Source: Zygnema circumcarinatum SAG 698-1b (taxonomy: Eukaryota > Plantae > Zygnematophyceae). Taken from it: a DNA stretch of 64,000 nt. Both the position numbers and the translations under genes were made by a program. The notes below the pieces were generated by a model, which saw only the letters and a list, made by a program, of their open reading frames with translations, was not told the DNA's origin and ran no database searches. Position 1 is the first letter of the stretch. Every line of letters starts with the position of its first letter. The stretch lies in assembly GCA_037447605.1 (NCBI GenBank), contig CM074823.1:1-64000 (forward strand). Direction: 5' to 3'. This document shows positions 1-15,000 of this stretch, one piece after another.

Positions 1-3000
1 GTCTTTTACTCTTTTGCACCGAAATTTCTCAGCGTCACTCTACAGTGAGTCCGCCGTATGCACAAAAAGTTTGAGTCAATTAAGCGTTCTCCCTATTCAG
101 ATATGGACGTTTTTGTGACACGTGCAATAAGTTGCGTTCCTATACATGTCCACTCCGTTATACATAACTTTTTTGTCTTTTACTCTTTTGCACCGAAATT
201 TCTCAGCGTTACTCTACAGTGAGTCCGCCGTATGCACAAAAAGTTTGAGTCAATTAAGCGTTCTCCCTATTCAGATATGGACGTTTTTGTGACACGTGCA
301 ATAGGTTGCGTTCCTACACACGTCCACTCCGTTATACATAACGTTTTTGTCTTTTACTCTTTTGCACCGAAATTTCTCAGCGTCACTCTACAGTGAGTCC
401 GCCGTATGCACAAAAAGTTTGAGTCAATTAAGCGTTCTCCCTATTCAGATATGGACGTTTTTGTGACACGGGCAATAGGTTGCGTTCCTATACACGTCCA
501 CTCCGTTATACATAACTTTTTTGTCTTTTATTCTTTTGCACCGAAATTTGTCAGCGTTTTTCTACAGTGAGTCCGCCGTATGCTCAAAAAGTTTGAGTCA
601 ATTAAGCGTTGTCCCTATTCAGATATGGACGTTTTAGTGACACGTGCAATAGGTTGCGTTCCTATACACGTCCACTCCGTTATCCATAACTTTTTTGTCT
701 TTTACTCTTTTGCACCGAAATTTCCGAGCGTCACTCTACAGTGAGTCCGCCGTATGCACAAAAAGTTTGAGTCAATTAAGCGTTGTCCCTATTCAGATAT
801 GGACGATTTTGTGACACGTGCAATAGGTTGCGTTCCTATACACGTCCACTCCGTTATACATAACTTTTTTGTCTGTTATTCTTTTGCACCGAAATTTCTC
901 AGCGTCACTCTACAGTGAGTCCGCCGTATGCACAAAACGTTTGAGTCAATTTGGCGTTCTCCCTATTCAGATATGGACGTTTTTGTGACACGTACAATAA
1001 GTTGCGTTCCTATACATGTCCACTCCGTTATACATAACTTTTTTGTCTTTTACTCTTTTGCACCGAAATTTCTCAGCGTCACTCTACAGTGAGTCCGCCG
1101 TATGCACAAAACGTTTGAGTCAATTTGGCGTTCTCCCTATTCAGATATGGACGTTTTTGTAACACGTGCAATAAGTTGCATTCCTATACACGTCCACTCC
1201 GTTATATCTAACTTTTTTGTCTTTTACTTTTGTGCTCCGAAATTTCTTACCGTCACTCTACTGTGTGTCCGCCGTATGCACAAAAAGATTGAGTCCATTT
1301 GGCGTTCTCCCTATTCAGATATGGACGTTTTTGTGACACGTGCTATAGGCTGCGTTCGTATACACGTCCACTCCGTTATATATAACTTTTTTGTCTTTTA
1401 GTTTCGTGCACCGAAATTTCTCAGCGTTACTCTACAGTGAATCCGCCGTATGCACAAAAAGTTTGAGTCAATTTGGCGTTTTCCCTATTCAAATATGGAC
1501 GTTTTTGTGACACGTGCAATAAGTTGCGTTCCTATACATGTCCACTCCGTTATACATAACTTTTTTGTCTTTTACTCTTTTGCACCAAAATTTCTCAGCG
1601 TCACTCTACAGTGAGTCCGCCGTATGCACAAAACGTTTGAGTCAATTTGGCGTTCTCCCTATTCAGAAATGGACGTTTTTGTGACACGTGCAATAGGTTG
1701 CGTTCGTATACACGTCCACTCTCTTATATATAACTTTTTTGTCTTTAAGTTTTATGCACCGAAATTTCTCAACGTCACTCTACTCTGTGTCCGCCATATT
1801 CACAAAACGTTTTAGTCTATTTGGCGTTCTCGCTATTCAGATATGGACGTTTTTGTGACACGTGTAATAGGTTGCGTTCCTATACACGTCCACTCCGTTA
1901 TACATAACTTTTTTGTCTTTTACTCTTTTGCACCGAAATTTCCCAGCGTCACTCACCGGTACAGGTCCGCCGTATGCACAAAAGTTTGAGTCAATTAAGC
2001 GTTCTCCCTATTCAGATACCAGACGTTTTGCTTGACACGTGCAATAAGTTCCTATACATGTCCACTCCGTTATACATTACTTTTTTGTCTTTTACTCTTT
2101 TGCACCGAAATTTCTGAGCGTCACTCTACAGTGAGTCCGCCGTATGCACAAAAAGTTTGAGTCAATTAAGCGTTCTCCCTATTCAGATATGGACGTTTTT
2201 GTGACACGTGCAATAGGTTGCCTTCCTATACACGTCCACTCTGTTATACATAACGTTTTTGTCTTTTACTCTTTTGCACCGAAATTTCTCAGCGTCACTC
2301 TACAGTGAGTCCGCCGTATGCACAAAAAGTTTGAGTCAATTAAGCGTTCTCCCTATTCAGATATGGACGTTTTTGTGACACGTGCAATAGGTTGCGTTCG
2401 TATACACATCCACTCCGTTATATATAACTTTTTTGTCTTTAAGTTTTATGCACCGAAATTTCTCAACGTCACCCTACTTTGTGTCCGCCGTATTCACAAA
2501 ACGTTTTAGTCTATTTGGCGTTCTCGCTATTCAGATATGGACGTTTTTGTGACACGTGTAATAGGTTGCGTTCCTATACACGTCCACTCCGTTATACATA
2601 ACTTTTTTGTCTTTTATTCTTTTGCACCGAAATTTCTCAGCGTCACTCTATAGTGAGTCCGCCGTATGCACAAAAAGTTTGAGTCAATTAAGCGTTCTCC
2701 CTATTCAGATATGGACGTTTTTGTGACACGTGCAATAAGTTGCGTTCCTATACATGTCCACTCCGTTATACATAACTTTTTTGTCTTTTACTCTTTTGCA
2801 CCGAAATTTCTCAGCGTCACTCTACAGTGAGTCCGCCGTATGCACAAAAAGTTTGAGTCAATTAAGCGTTCTCCCTATTCAGATATGGACGTTTTTGTGA
2901 CACGTGCAATAGGTTGCGTTCCTATACACGTCCACTCCGTTATACATAACTTTTTTGTCTTTTATTCTTTTGCACCGAAATTTCTCAGCGTCACTCTACA

Positions 3001-6000
3001 GTGAGTCCGCCGTATGCACAAAAAGTTTGAGTCAATTAAGCGTTGTCCCTATTCAGATATGGACGTTTTTGTGACACGTGCAATAAGTTGCGTTCCTATA
3101 CATGTCCACTCCGTTATACATAACTTTTTTGTCTTTTACTCTTTTGCACCGAAATTTCTCAGCGTCACTCTACAGTGAGTCCGCCGTATGCACAAAAAGT
3201 TTGAGTCAATTAAGCGTTCTCCCTATTCAGATATGGACGTTTTTGTGACACGTGCAATAGGTTGCGTTCCTATACACGTCCACTCCGTTATACATAACTT
3301 TTTTGTCTTTTACTCTTTTTGCACCAGGGAAATTTCTCCAGCGTCACTCTGATGAGTCCGCCGTAATATGCACAAAAAGTTTGAGTCAATTAAGTTCTCC
3401 CTATTAGGATATGGACGTTTTTTGTGGCGCGTCACGATAGGTTGCGTTCATTATCTGGCATCCAGTTTCGGATTATATACTTTTGTCTTTAAGTTTTATG
3501 CACCGAAATTTCTCAACGTCACCCTACTTTGTGTCCGCCGTATTCACAAAACGTTTTAGTCTAATTGGCGTTCTCGCTATTCAGATATGGACGTTTTTGT
3601 GACACGTGTAATAGGTTGCGTTCCTATACACGTCCACTCCGTTATACATAACTTTTTTGTCTTTTATTCTTTTACACCGAAATTTCTCAGCGTCACTCTA
3701 CAGTGAGTCCGCCGTATGCACAAAAAGTTTGAGTCAATTAAGCGTTGTCCCTATTCAGATATGGACGTTTTTGTGACACGTGCAATAAGTTGCGTTCCTA
3801 TACACGTCCACTCCGTTATATATAACTTTTTTGTCTTTTACTTTTTTGCACCGAAATTTCTCAGCGTCACTCTACAGTGAGTCCGCCGTACGCACCAAAA
3901 GTTTGAGTCAATTAAGCGTTCTCCCTATTTAGATATGGACGTTTTTGTGACACGTGCAATAGGTTGTGTTCCTATACACGTCCTCTCCGTTATACATAAC
4001 GTTTTTGTCTTTTACTCTTTTGCACCGAAATTTCTCAGCGTCACTCTACGGTGAGTCCGCCGTATGCACAAAAAGTTTGAGTCAATTAAGCGTTGTCCCT
4101 ATTCAGATATGGACGTTTTTGTGACACGTGCAATAAGTTGCGTTCCTATACACGTCCACTCCGTTATATATAACTTTTTTGTCTTTTACTATTGTACTCC
4201 GAAATTTCTTAGCGTCACTCTACTGTGTGTCCGCCGTATGCACAAAAAGATTGAGTCCATTTGGCGTTCTCCCTATTCAGATATGGACGTTTTTGTGACG
4301 TGCTATAGGCTGCGTTCGTATACACGTCCACTCCGTTATATATAACTTTTTTGTCTTTTAGTTTTGTGCACCGAAATTTCTCAGCGTTACTCTACAGTGA
4401 ATCCGCCGTATGCACAAAAAGTTTGAGTCAATTTGGCGTTCTCCCTATTCAAATATGGACGTTTTTGTGACACGTGCAATAAGTTGCGTTCCTATACATG
4501 TCCACTCTGTTATACATAACTTTTTTGTCTTTTACTCTTTTGCACCGAAATTTCTCAGCGTCACTCTACAGTGAGTCCGCCGTATGCACAAAACGTTTGA
4601 GTCAATTTGGCGTTCTCCCTATTCAGAAATGGACGTTTTTGTGACACATGCAATAGGTTGCGTTCGTATACACGTCCACTCTCTTATATATAACTTTTTT
4701 GTCTTTAAGTTTTATGCACCGAAATTTCTCAACGTCACTCTACTCTGTGTCCGCCATATTCACAAAACGTTTTAGTCTATTTGGCGTTCTCGCTATTCAG
4801 ATATGGACGTTTTTGTGACACGTGTAATAGGTTGCGTTCCTATACACGTCCACTCCGTTATACATAACTTTTTTGTCTTTTACTCTTTTGCACCGAAATT
4901 TCCCAGCGTCACTCTACAGTGAGTCCGCCGTATGCACAAAAAGTTTGAGTCTATTAAGCGTTCTCCCTATTCAGATATGGACGTTTTTGTGACACGTGCA
5001 ATAGGTTGCGTTCCTATACACGTCCACTCCGTTATACATAACGTTTTTGTCTTTTACTCTTTTGCACCGAAATTTCTCAGCGTCACTCTACAGTGAGTCC
5101 GCCGTATGCACAAAACGTTTGAGTCAATTAAGCGTTCTCCCAATTCAGATATGGACGTTTTTGTGACACGTGCAATAAGTTGCGTTCCTATACATGTCCA
5201 CTCCGTTATACATAACTTTTTTGTCTTTTACTCTTTTGCACCGAAATTTCTCAGCGTTACTCTACAGTGAGTCAGCCGTATGCACAAAAAGTTTGAGTCA
5301 ATTTGGCGTTTTCCCTATTCAAATATAAACGTTTTTGTGACACGTGCAATAAGTTGCGTTCCTATACATGTCCACTCCGTTATACATAACTTTTTTGTCT
5401 TTTACTCTTTTGCACCAGAAATTTCTCCAGCGTCACTCGACAGGTCCGCCGTATGCACAAAAGAACAGTCAATTAAGCGTTCTCCCTATTCCGATATGGA
5501 CGTTTTTGTGACACGTGCAATAGGTTGCGTTCCTATACACGTCCACTCCGTTATACATAACTTTTTTGTCTTTTACTTTTTTGCACCGAAATTTCTTTGT
5601 CAGCGTTTTTCTACAGTGAGTCCGCCGTATGCTCAAAAAGTTTGAGTCAATTAAGCGTTGTCCCTATTCAGATATGGACGTTTTAGTGACACGTGCAATA
5701 GGTTGCGTTCCTATACACGTCCACTCCGTTATACATAACTTTTTTGTCTTTTATTCTTTTGCACCGAAATTTCTCAGCGTCACTCTACAGTGAGTCCGCC
5801 GTATGCACAAAAAGTTTGAGTCAATTAAGCGTTGTCCCTATTCAGATATGGACGATTTTGTGACACGTGCAATAGGTTGCGTTCCTATACACGTCCACTC
5901 CGTTATACATAACTTTTTTGTCTGTTATTCTTTTGCACCGAAATTTCTCAGCGTCACTCTACAGTGAGTCCGCCGTATGCACAAAACGTTTGAGTCAATT

Positions 6001-9000
6001 TGGCGTTTTCCCTATTCAAATATGGACGTTTTTGTGACACGTGCAATAAGTTGCGTTCCTATACATGTCCACTCCGTTATACATAACTTTTTTGTCTTTT
6101 ACTCTTTTGCACCGAAATTTCTCAGCGTCACTCTACAGTGAGTCCGCCGTATGCACAAAACGTTTGAGTCAATTTGGCGTTCTCCCTATTCAGATATGGA
6201 CGTTTTTGTGACACGTGCAATAGGTTGCGTTCCTATACACGTCCACTCCGTTATACATAACTTTTTTGTCTTTTACTTTTGTCCTCCGAAATTTCTTAGA
6301 GTCACTCTACTGTGTGTCCGCCGTATGCACAAAAAGATTGAGTCCATTTGGCGTTGTCCCTATTCAGATATGGACGTTTTTGTGACACGTGCTATAGGCT
6401 GCGTTCGTATACACGTCCACTCCGTTATATATAACTTTTTTGTCTTTTAGTTTTGTGCACCGAAATTTCTCAGCGTTACTCTACAGTGAATCCGGCGTAT
6501 GCACAAAAAGTTTGAGTCAATTTGGCGTTTTCCCTATTCAAATATGGACGTTTTTGTGACACGTGCAATAAGTTGCGTTCCTATACATGTCCACTCCGTT
6601 ATACATAACTTTTTTGTCTTTTACTCTTTTTTACGCAAATTTCTCAGCGTCGGCTCACGATTGAGTCCGCCGTATCTTACATGAAACGTTTGAGTCAATT
6701 TGGCGTTCTCCACTGACCGAAATGGACGTTTTTGTGACACGTCGCGATGGAGTTCGTTCGTATACGATCCACTCTCTTATATTTTCAGCTTTTTTTGTCT
6801 TTAAGTTTTATGCCCCGAAATTTCTCAACGTCACCCTACTCTGTGTCCGCCGTATTCACAAAACGTTTTAGTCTATTTGGCGTTCTCGCTATTCAGATAT
6901 GGACGTTTTTGCGACACGTGTAATAGGTTGCGTTCCTATACACGTCCACTCCGTTATACATAACTTTTCTGTCTTTTACTCTTTTGCACCGAAATTTCCC
7001 AGCGTCACTCTACAGTGAGTCCGCCGTATGCACAAAAAGTTTGAGTCTATTAAAGTTCTCCTGACCGGATATGGACGTTTTTTTGTGACACGTCGCGATA
7101 GGTTGCGTTCTATGCACGTACTCAGATTCCATACATAACGTTTTGTCTTTTACTCTTTTGCACCAGGGAATTTCTCAGCGTCACTCTGGTGAGTCCGCCG
7201 TATGCACAAAAGTTTGAGTCGATTAAGCGTTCTCCCACTATTGAGATATAGTTTTTGTGACACGTCTGATAAGTTTAGCGTTAAATTATACATGTCCCTC
7301 CGTTATACATAACTTTTTTGTCTTTTTACTCTTTTTTGCGAAATTTCTCAGCGTTACTCTACCGGTGAGTCCGCCGTATGCACAAAAGTTTGAGATCAAT
7401 TAAGCGTTCTCCACTATTGAATATGGACGTTTTTGTGACGTCGCGATAGGTTGCGCGTTCCTACACGTCCCGCACTCCACGTTATACATAACGTTTTTTT
7501 GTCCCGCTACTCTTTTTGCGCACCAGGAATTTCTCAGCGTCACTCACCAGTGGAGTCCGCCGTATGCACAAAAGTTTGAGTCCCGATTAAGCGTTCTCCA
7601 CTATTCAGATATGGACGTTTTGTGACCGCGGGCAATAGGTTAGCGTTCATGCACGTCCACTCGGGTTATACGCAACTTTTTGTCTTTTATTCTTTTGCAC
7701 CAGAGATTTGTGTTGCACGTTTTTCTACACCGGTGAGTCCGGCGGGTATGCTCAAAAGTTTGAGTCCCGATTAAAAGCGTTGTCCCTATTCAGATATGGA
7801 CGTTTTAGTGACACGTGCAATAGGTTGCGTTCCTATACACGTCCACTCCGTTATCCATAACTTTTTTGTCTTTTACTCTTTTGCACCGAAATTTCCGAGC
7901 GTCACTCTACAGTGAGTCCGCCGGATGCACAAAAAGTTTGAGTCAATTAAGCGTTGTCCCTATTCAGATATGGACGATTTTGTGACACGTGCAATAGGTT
8001 GCGTTCCTATACACGTCCACTCCGTTATACATAACTTTTTTGTCTGTTATTCTTTTGCACCGAAATTTCTCAGCGTCACTCTACAGTGAGTCCACCGTAT
8101 GCACAAAACGTTTGAGTCAATTTTAGCGTTCTCTGATGATACGGATATGGACGTTTTTTGTGACCGCGTCTGACTCAAGTTAGCGTTCTATGCAGTAATC
8201 CCTCCGTTATACATAGCTTTTTGTCTTTTACTCTTTTTGCACCGAAATTTCTCAGCGTCACTCTCTGATTGAGTCCGCCGTAATGCACAAAACGTTTGAG
8301 TCCAATTTGGCGTTGCCACGTGGATATGGACGTTTTGCTTGAGCACGTCGCGATGGGTTTAGCGTTCTATCGCGTCCAGCTCCGTTATACACCAACGTTT
8401 TTTGTCTTTTACTCTTTTAGCCCGGGAATTTCTCGGCGTCACTCTCACGGTGTGAGTCCGCCAATACATGCACAAAACGTTTGAGTCAATTAAAATTCTC
8501 CACCGACCGGACATGGACGTTTTTGTGGCCGGCGTCTGATAAGTTCAGTTCTTTATGCATGTCGGTCAGATTGCTTCACATAACTTTTTTTGTCTTTTAC
8601 TCTTTTGCAAGAATTTCTCAGCGTTACTCTATAGTGAGTCCGCCGTATGCACAAAAAGTTTGAGTCAATTAAGCGTTCTCCCTATTCAGATATGGACGTT
8701 TTTGTGACACGTGCAATAGGTTGCGTTCCTATACACGTCCACTCCGTTATACATAACGTTTTTGTCTTTTACTCTTTTGCACCAGGGAATTTCTCGGCGT
8801 CGCTCACAGTGAGTCCGCCGTATGCACAAAAGTTTGAGTCAATTAAGCCCGTTCTCCCATATTGAGATATGGACGTTTTGTGTGACGCGTGCAATGAGTT
8901 CGCGTTCATACACGTCATCCGTTATGCATAACTTTTTTGTCTTTTATTCTTTTGCACCAGGGAGATTTGTCAGCGTTTTTCTCACGATTGAGTCCGCCGT

Positions 9001-12000
9001 ATGCTCAAAAAGTTTGCGTCAATTAAGCCTCTTCCCTTTTCAGACGTGCTAGTTTTCGTGACACGTGCAATAGGTTGCGTTCCTACACACGTCCACTCCG
9101 TTATCCATAACTTTTTTGTCTTTTACTCTTTTGCACCGAAATTTCTCAGCGTCACTCTACAGTGAGTCCGCCGTATGCACAAAAAGTTTGAGTCAATTAA
9201 ACGTTCTCCCTATTCAGATATGGACGTTTTTGTGACACGTGCAATAGGTTGCGTTCCTATACACGTCCACTCCGTTATACATAACTTTTTTGTCTTTTAT
9301 TCTTTTGCACCGAAATTTCTCAGCGTCACTCTACAGTGAGTCCGCCGTATGCACAAAAAGTTTGAGTCAATTAAGCGTTCTCCCTATTCAGATATGGACG
9401 TTTTTGTGACACGTGCAATAAGTTGCGTTCCTATACATGTCCACTCCGTTATACATAACTTTTTTGTCTTTTACTCTTTTGCACCGAAATTTCTCAGCGT
9501 CACTCTACAGTGAGTCCGCCGTATGCACAAAACGTTTGAGTCAATTTGGCGTTCTCCCTATTCAGATATGGACGTTTTTGTGACACGTGCAATAAGTTGC
9601 GTTCCTATACACGTCCACTCCGTTATATATAACTTTTTTGTCTTTTACTTTTGTGCTCCGAAATTTCTTAGCGTCACTCTACTGTGTGTCCGCCGTATGC
9701 ACAAAAAGATTGAGTCCATTTGGCGTTCTCCCTATTCAGATATGGACGTTTTTGTGACACGTGCTATAGGCTGCGTTCGTATACACGTCCACTCCGTTAT
9801 ATATAACTTTTTTGTCTTTTAGTTTTGTGCACCGAAATTTCTCAGCGTTACTCTACAGTGAATCCGCCGTATGCACAAAAAGTTTGAGTCAATTTGGCGT
9901 TTTCCCTATTCAAATATGGACGTTTTTGTGACACGTGCAATAAGTTGCGTTCCTATACATGTCCACTCCGTTATACATAACTTTTTTGTCTTTTACTCTT
10001 TTGCACCGAAATTTCTCAGCGTCACTCTACAGTGAGTCCGCCGTATGCACAAAACGTTTGAGTCAATTTGGCGTTCTCCCTATTCAGACATGGACGTTTT
10101 TGTGACACGTGCAATAGGTTGCGTTCGTATACACGTCCACTCTCTTATATATAACTTTTTTGTCTTTAAGTTTTATGCACCGAAATTTCTCAACGTCACT
10201 CTACTCTGTGTCCGCCATATTCACAAAACGTTTTAGTCTATTTGGCGTTCTCGCTATTCAGATATGGACGTTTTTGTGACACGTGTAATAGGTTGCGTTC
10301 CTATACACGTCCACTCCGTTATACATAACTTTTTTGTGTTTTACTCTTTTGCACCAGGGAATTTCGGCGTCACTCACCGGTGAGTCCGCCGTATGCACCA
10401 AAAGTTTGAGTCCTGTGGCGTTCTCCCTGACCGGATATGGACGTTTTTGTGACCGCGTCGCGATAGGTTGCGTTCTATACACGTACTCAGATTTATACGC
10501 CAACGTTTTTTGTCTTTTACTCTTTTGCGCCGAAATTTCGGCCGTCGCTCTGATGAGTCCGCCGTATGCACCAAAAGAAGTTTGAGTCAATTAAGCGTTC
10601 TCCACTGTTATTCAGATATGGGCGTTTTTGTGACACGTGCAATAGGTTGCGTTCCTATACACGTCCACTCCGTTATATATAACTTTTTTGTCTTTTACTT
10701 TTTTGCACCGAAATTTCTCAGCGTCACTCTACAGTGAGTCCGCCGTATGCACAAAAAGTTTGAGTCAATTAAGCGTTCTCCCTATTCAGATATGGGCGTT
10801 TTTGTGACACGTGCAATAAGTTGCGTTCCTATACATGTCCACTCCGTTATACATAACTTTTTTGTCTTTTACTCTTTTGCACCGAAATTTCTCAGCGTCA
10901 CCCTACAGTGAGTCCGCCGTATGCACATAAAGTTTGAGTCAATTTAGCGTTCTCCCTATTCGGATGGACGTTTTGTGACACGGAAAGGCCGATAGGTTAG
11001 CGTTCCCCATACACGTCATCCGTTATACATAACTTTTTTGTCTTTTATTCTTTTGCACCAGAGATTTGTCAGCCGTTTTTTCTCTGCGGGTGGTCGCCGT
11101 ATACTCAAAAGTTTGAGTCGAATTAAGCGTTAAACCCTATTAGGATAACTGACGTTTGAGTGACCGCGTCTGATAGGTTCGCGTTCTATCAGCGTCAGCT
11201 CCGCGGTTATCCATAACGTCTTTTACTCTTTTGCACCGAAATTTCCGAGCGTCACTCTACAGTGAGTCCGCCGGATGCACAAAAAGTTTGAGTCAATTAA
11301 GCGTTGTCCCTATTCAGATATGGACGATTTTGTGACACGTGCAATAGGTTGCGTTCCTATACACGTCCACTCCGTTATACATAACTTTTTTGTCTGTTAT
11401 TCTTTTGCACCGAAATTTCTCAGCGTCACTCTACAGTGAGTCCACCGTATGCACAAAACGTTTGAGTCAATTTGGCGTTCTCCCTATTCAGATATGGACG
11501 TTTTTGTGACACGTGCAATAAGTTGCGTTCCTATACATGTCCACTCCGTTATACATAACTTTTTTTTCTTTTACTCTTTTGCACCGAAATTTCTCAGCGT
11601 CACTCTACAGTGAGTCCGCCGTATGCACAAAACGTTTGAGTCAATTTGGCGTTCTCCGTATTCAGATATGGACGTTTTTGTGACACGTGCAATAGGTTGC
11701 GTTCGTATACACATCCACTCCGTTATATATAACTTTTTTGTCTTTAAGTTTTATGCACCGAAATTTCTCAACGTCACCCTACTCTGTGTCCGCCGTATTC
11801 ACAAAACGTTTTAGTCTATTTGGCGTTCTCGCTATTCAGATATGGACGTTTTTGTGACACGTGTAATAGGTTGCGTTCCTATACACGTCCACTCCGTTAT
11901 ACATAACTTTTTTGTCTTTTACTCTTTTGCACCGAAATTTCCCAGCGCGTCACTCTACCGGTGAGTCCGCCGTATGCACAAAAGTTTGAGTCGATTAAAA

Positions 12001-15000
12001 GCTCTCCCACTATTGAGATAGCGTTTTTGTGACGCGATGCGATAGGTTGGATTCTTTATACGCGTCCACTCCGTTGCGCCACGCCAACGTTAATTGAGTC
12101 CGGCGGGTATGCACAAAAGTTTGAGTCAATTTGGCGTTCTCCCCATTCAAATATGGACGTTTTTGTGACACGTGCAATAGGTTGCGTTCCTATACACGTC
12201 CACTCCGTTATATATAATATTTTTGTCTTTTATTTTTTTGCACCGAAATTTCTCAGCGTCACTCTACTGTGTGTCCGCCGTATGCACAAAAAGATTGAGT
12301 CCATTTGGCGTTCTCCTTATTCAGATATGGACGTTTTTGTGACACGTGCTATAGGCTGCGTTCGTATACACGTCCACTCCGTTATATATAACTTTTTTGT
12401 CTTTTAGTTTTGTGCACCGAAATTTCTCAGCGTTACTCTACAATGAATCCGCCGTATGCACAAAAAGTTTGAGTTAATTTGGCGTTTTCCCTATTCAAAT
12501 ATGGACGTTTTTGTGACACGTGCAATAAGTTGCGTTCCTATACATGTCCACTCCGTTATACATAACTTTTTTTTCTTTTACTCTTTTGCACCGAAATTTC
12601 TCAGCGTCACTCTACAGTGAGTCCGCCGTATGCACAAAAAGTTTGAGTCAATTAAGCGTTCTCCCTATTCAGATATGGACGTTTTTGTGACACGTGCAAT
12701 AGGTTGCGTTCCTATACACGTCCACTCTCCGTTATATATAACTTTTTTGTCTTTTAGTTTTTTTCACCTAAATTTCTCAACGTCACTCTACTCTGTGTCC
12801 GCCGTATTCACAAAACGTTTTAGTCTATTTGGCGTTCTCGCTATTCAGATATGGACGTTTTTGTGACACGTGTAATAGGTTGCGTTCCTATACACGTCCA
12901 CTCCGTTATACATAACTTTTTTTTCTTTTATTCTTTTGCACCGAAATTTCTCAGCGTCACTCTATAGTGAGTCCGCCGTATGCACAAAATGTTTGAGTCA
13001 ATTAAGCGTTCTCCCTATTTAGATATGGACGTTTTTGTGACACGTGCAATAAGTTGCGTTCCTATACATGTCCACTCCGTTATACATAACTTTTTTTTCT
13101 TTTATTCTTTTGCACCGAAATTCTTCAGCGTCACTCTATAGTGAGTCCGCCGTATGCACAAAATGTTTGAGTCAATTTGGCGTTCTCCCCATTCAAATAT
13201 GGACGTTTTTGTGACGCGTCGCGATAGGTTGTACGGATTCTATACCACGTCCACTCGGGTTATATATAATATTATTTTTTTGTCTTTTATTTTTTTTTGC
13301 ACCGAAATTTTACCGGTCATTTCTACCGATTGGTCCGTAGGTATGCACAAAAGTTTGAGTCAATTAAGCGTTCTCCTGATTCAGATATGGACGTTTTTAG
13401 CTGACACGTCGCGATAGGATTTCGTTCTTTATACACGTCCTCCGTTATACATAACTTTTGTCTTTTATTCTTTTGCGCACAAAATTTTCTCCAGCGTCAC
13501 TCTACCGATTGAGTCCGCCGTATGCACAAAAGTTTGAGAGATCAATTAAGCCGTTGTCCATTATTCGGATATGGGCCGTTTTTGGCTGACACGTGCAATA
13601 AGTTGGCGTTCACCCCATGCACGTCCACTCCGTTAAATATAACTTTTTTGTCTTTTACTTTTGTGCTCCAGGGAATTTCTTAGCGTCACTCTCTTTTGTG
13701 TGAAAGCCGACCGTATCTTGTAAAGATTGAGATCCATTTGGCGTTCTCCCTATTCAGATATGGACGTTTTTGTGACACGTGCTATAGGCTGCGTTCGTAT
13801 ACACATCCACTCCGTTATATATAACTTTTGTCTTTTAGTTTTGTGCACCGAAATTTCTCAGCGTCACTCTACAGTGAATCCGCCGTATGCACAAAAAGTT
13901 TGAGTCAATTTGGCGTTTTCCTATTCAAATATGGACGTTTTTGTGACACGTGCAATAAGTTGCGTTCCTATACATGTCCACTCCGTTATACATTACTTTT
14001 TTGTCTTTTACTCTTTTGCACCGAAATTTCTCAGCGTCACTCTACAGTGAGTCCGCCGTATGCACAAAACGTTTGAGTCAATTTGGCGTTCTTTCTATTC
14101 ATATATGGACGTTTTTGTGACCCGTGCAATAGGTTGCGTTCGTATACACGTCCACTCCGTTATATATAACTTTTTTGTCTTTTACTTTTGTGCTCAGAAA
14201 TTTCTTAGCGTCGCTCTCGCATTAGTAATCCGCCGTATGCACAAAAGGTGGAGTCGGTGGCGTTCTCCTTATTGAGATATGGACGTTTTTGTGACGCACG
14301 TCGCGATAAGTTGGATTCACATACATGTTTACTCCGTTATACATAACTTTTTTGTCTTTTTTTCTTTTGCACCGAAATTTCTCAGCGTCACTCTACAGTG
14401 AGTCCGCCGTATGCACAACAAGTTTGAGTCAATTAAGCGTTCTCCCTATTCAGATATGGACGTTTTTGTGACACGTGCAATAAGTTGTGTTCCTATACAT
14501 GTCCACTCCGTTATATAACTTTTTGTCTTTTTACTCTTTTTGCACCGGAATTTCGCAGCGTTACTCTCTGATTAGAGTCCGCCGTATGCACAAAAGAGTT
14601 TGAGTCGATTAAGCGTTCTCCACTGACCGGATATGGACGTTTTCGTGACGTCTTGATAGGTTGCGTTCACATACACGTCCACTCCGTTATACATAACTTT
14701 TTGTCTTTTTGACTATTTTGCCTTAAAGGGAATTTCTCAGCGTCACTCTCACGATTAGTCCGCCGTATGCACAAAAGTTTGAGGTCAATTAAGCGTTGTC
14801 CACTACTATTCAAATATGGACGTTTTTGTGACACGTGCAATAAGTTGCGTTCCTATACATGTCAACTCCGTTATACATAACTTTTTTGTCTTTTACTCTT
14901 TTGCATCGAAATTTCTTAGCGGCACTGCGCGAGGTCGCCGTATGCACAAAAGTTTGAGTGATTAAGCCCCGTTCTCCACCTATTCCGGATGGACGTTTTG

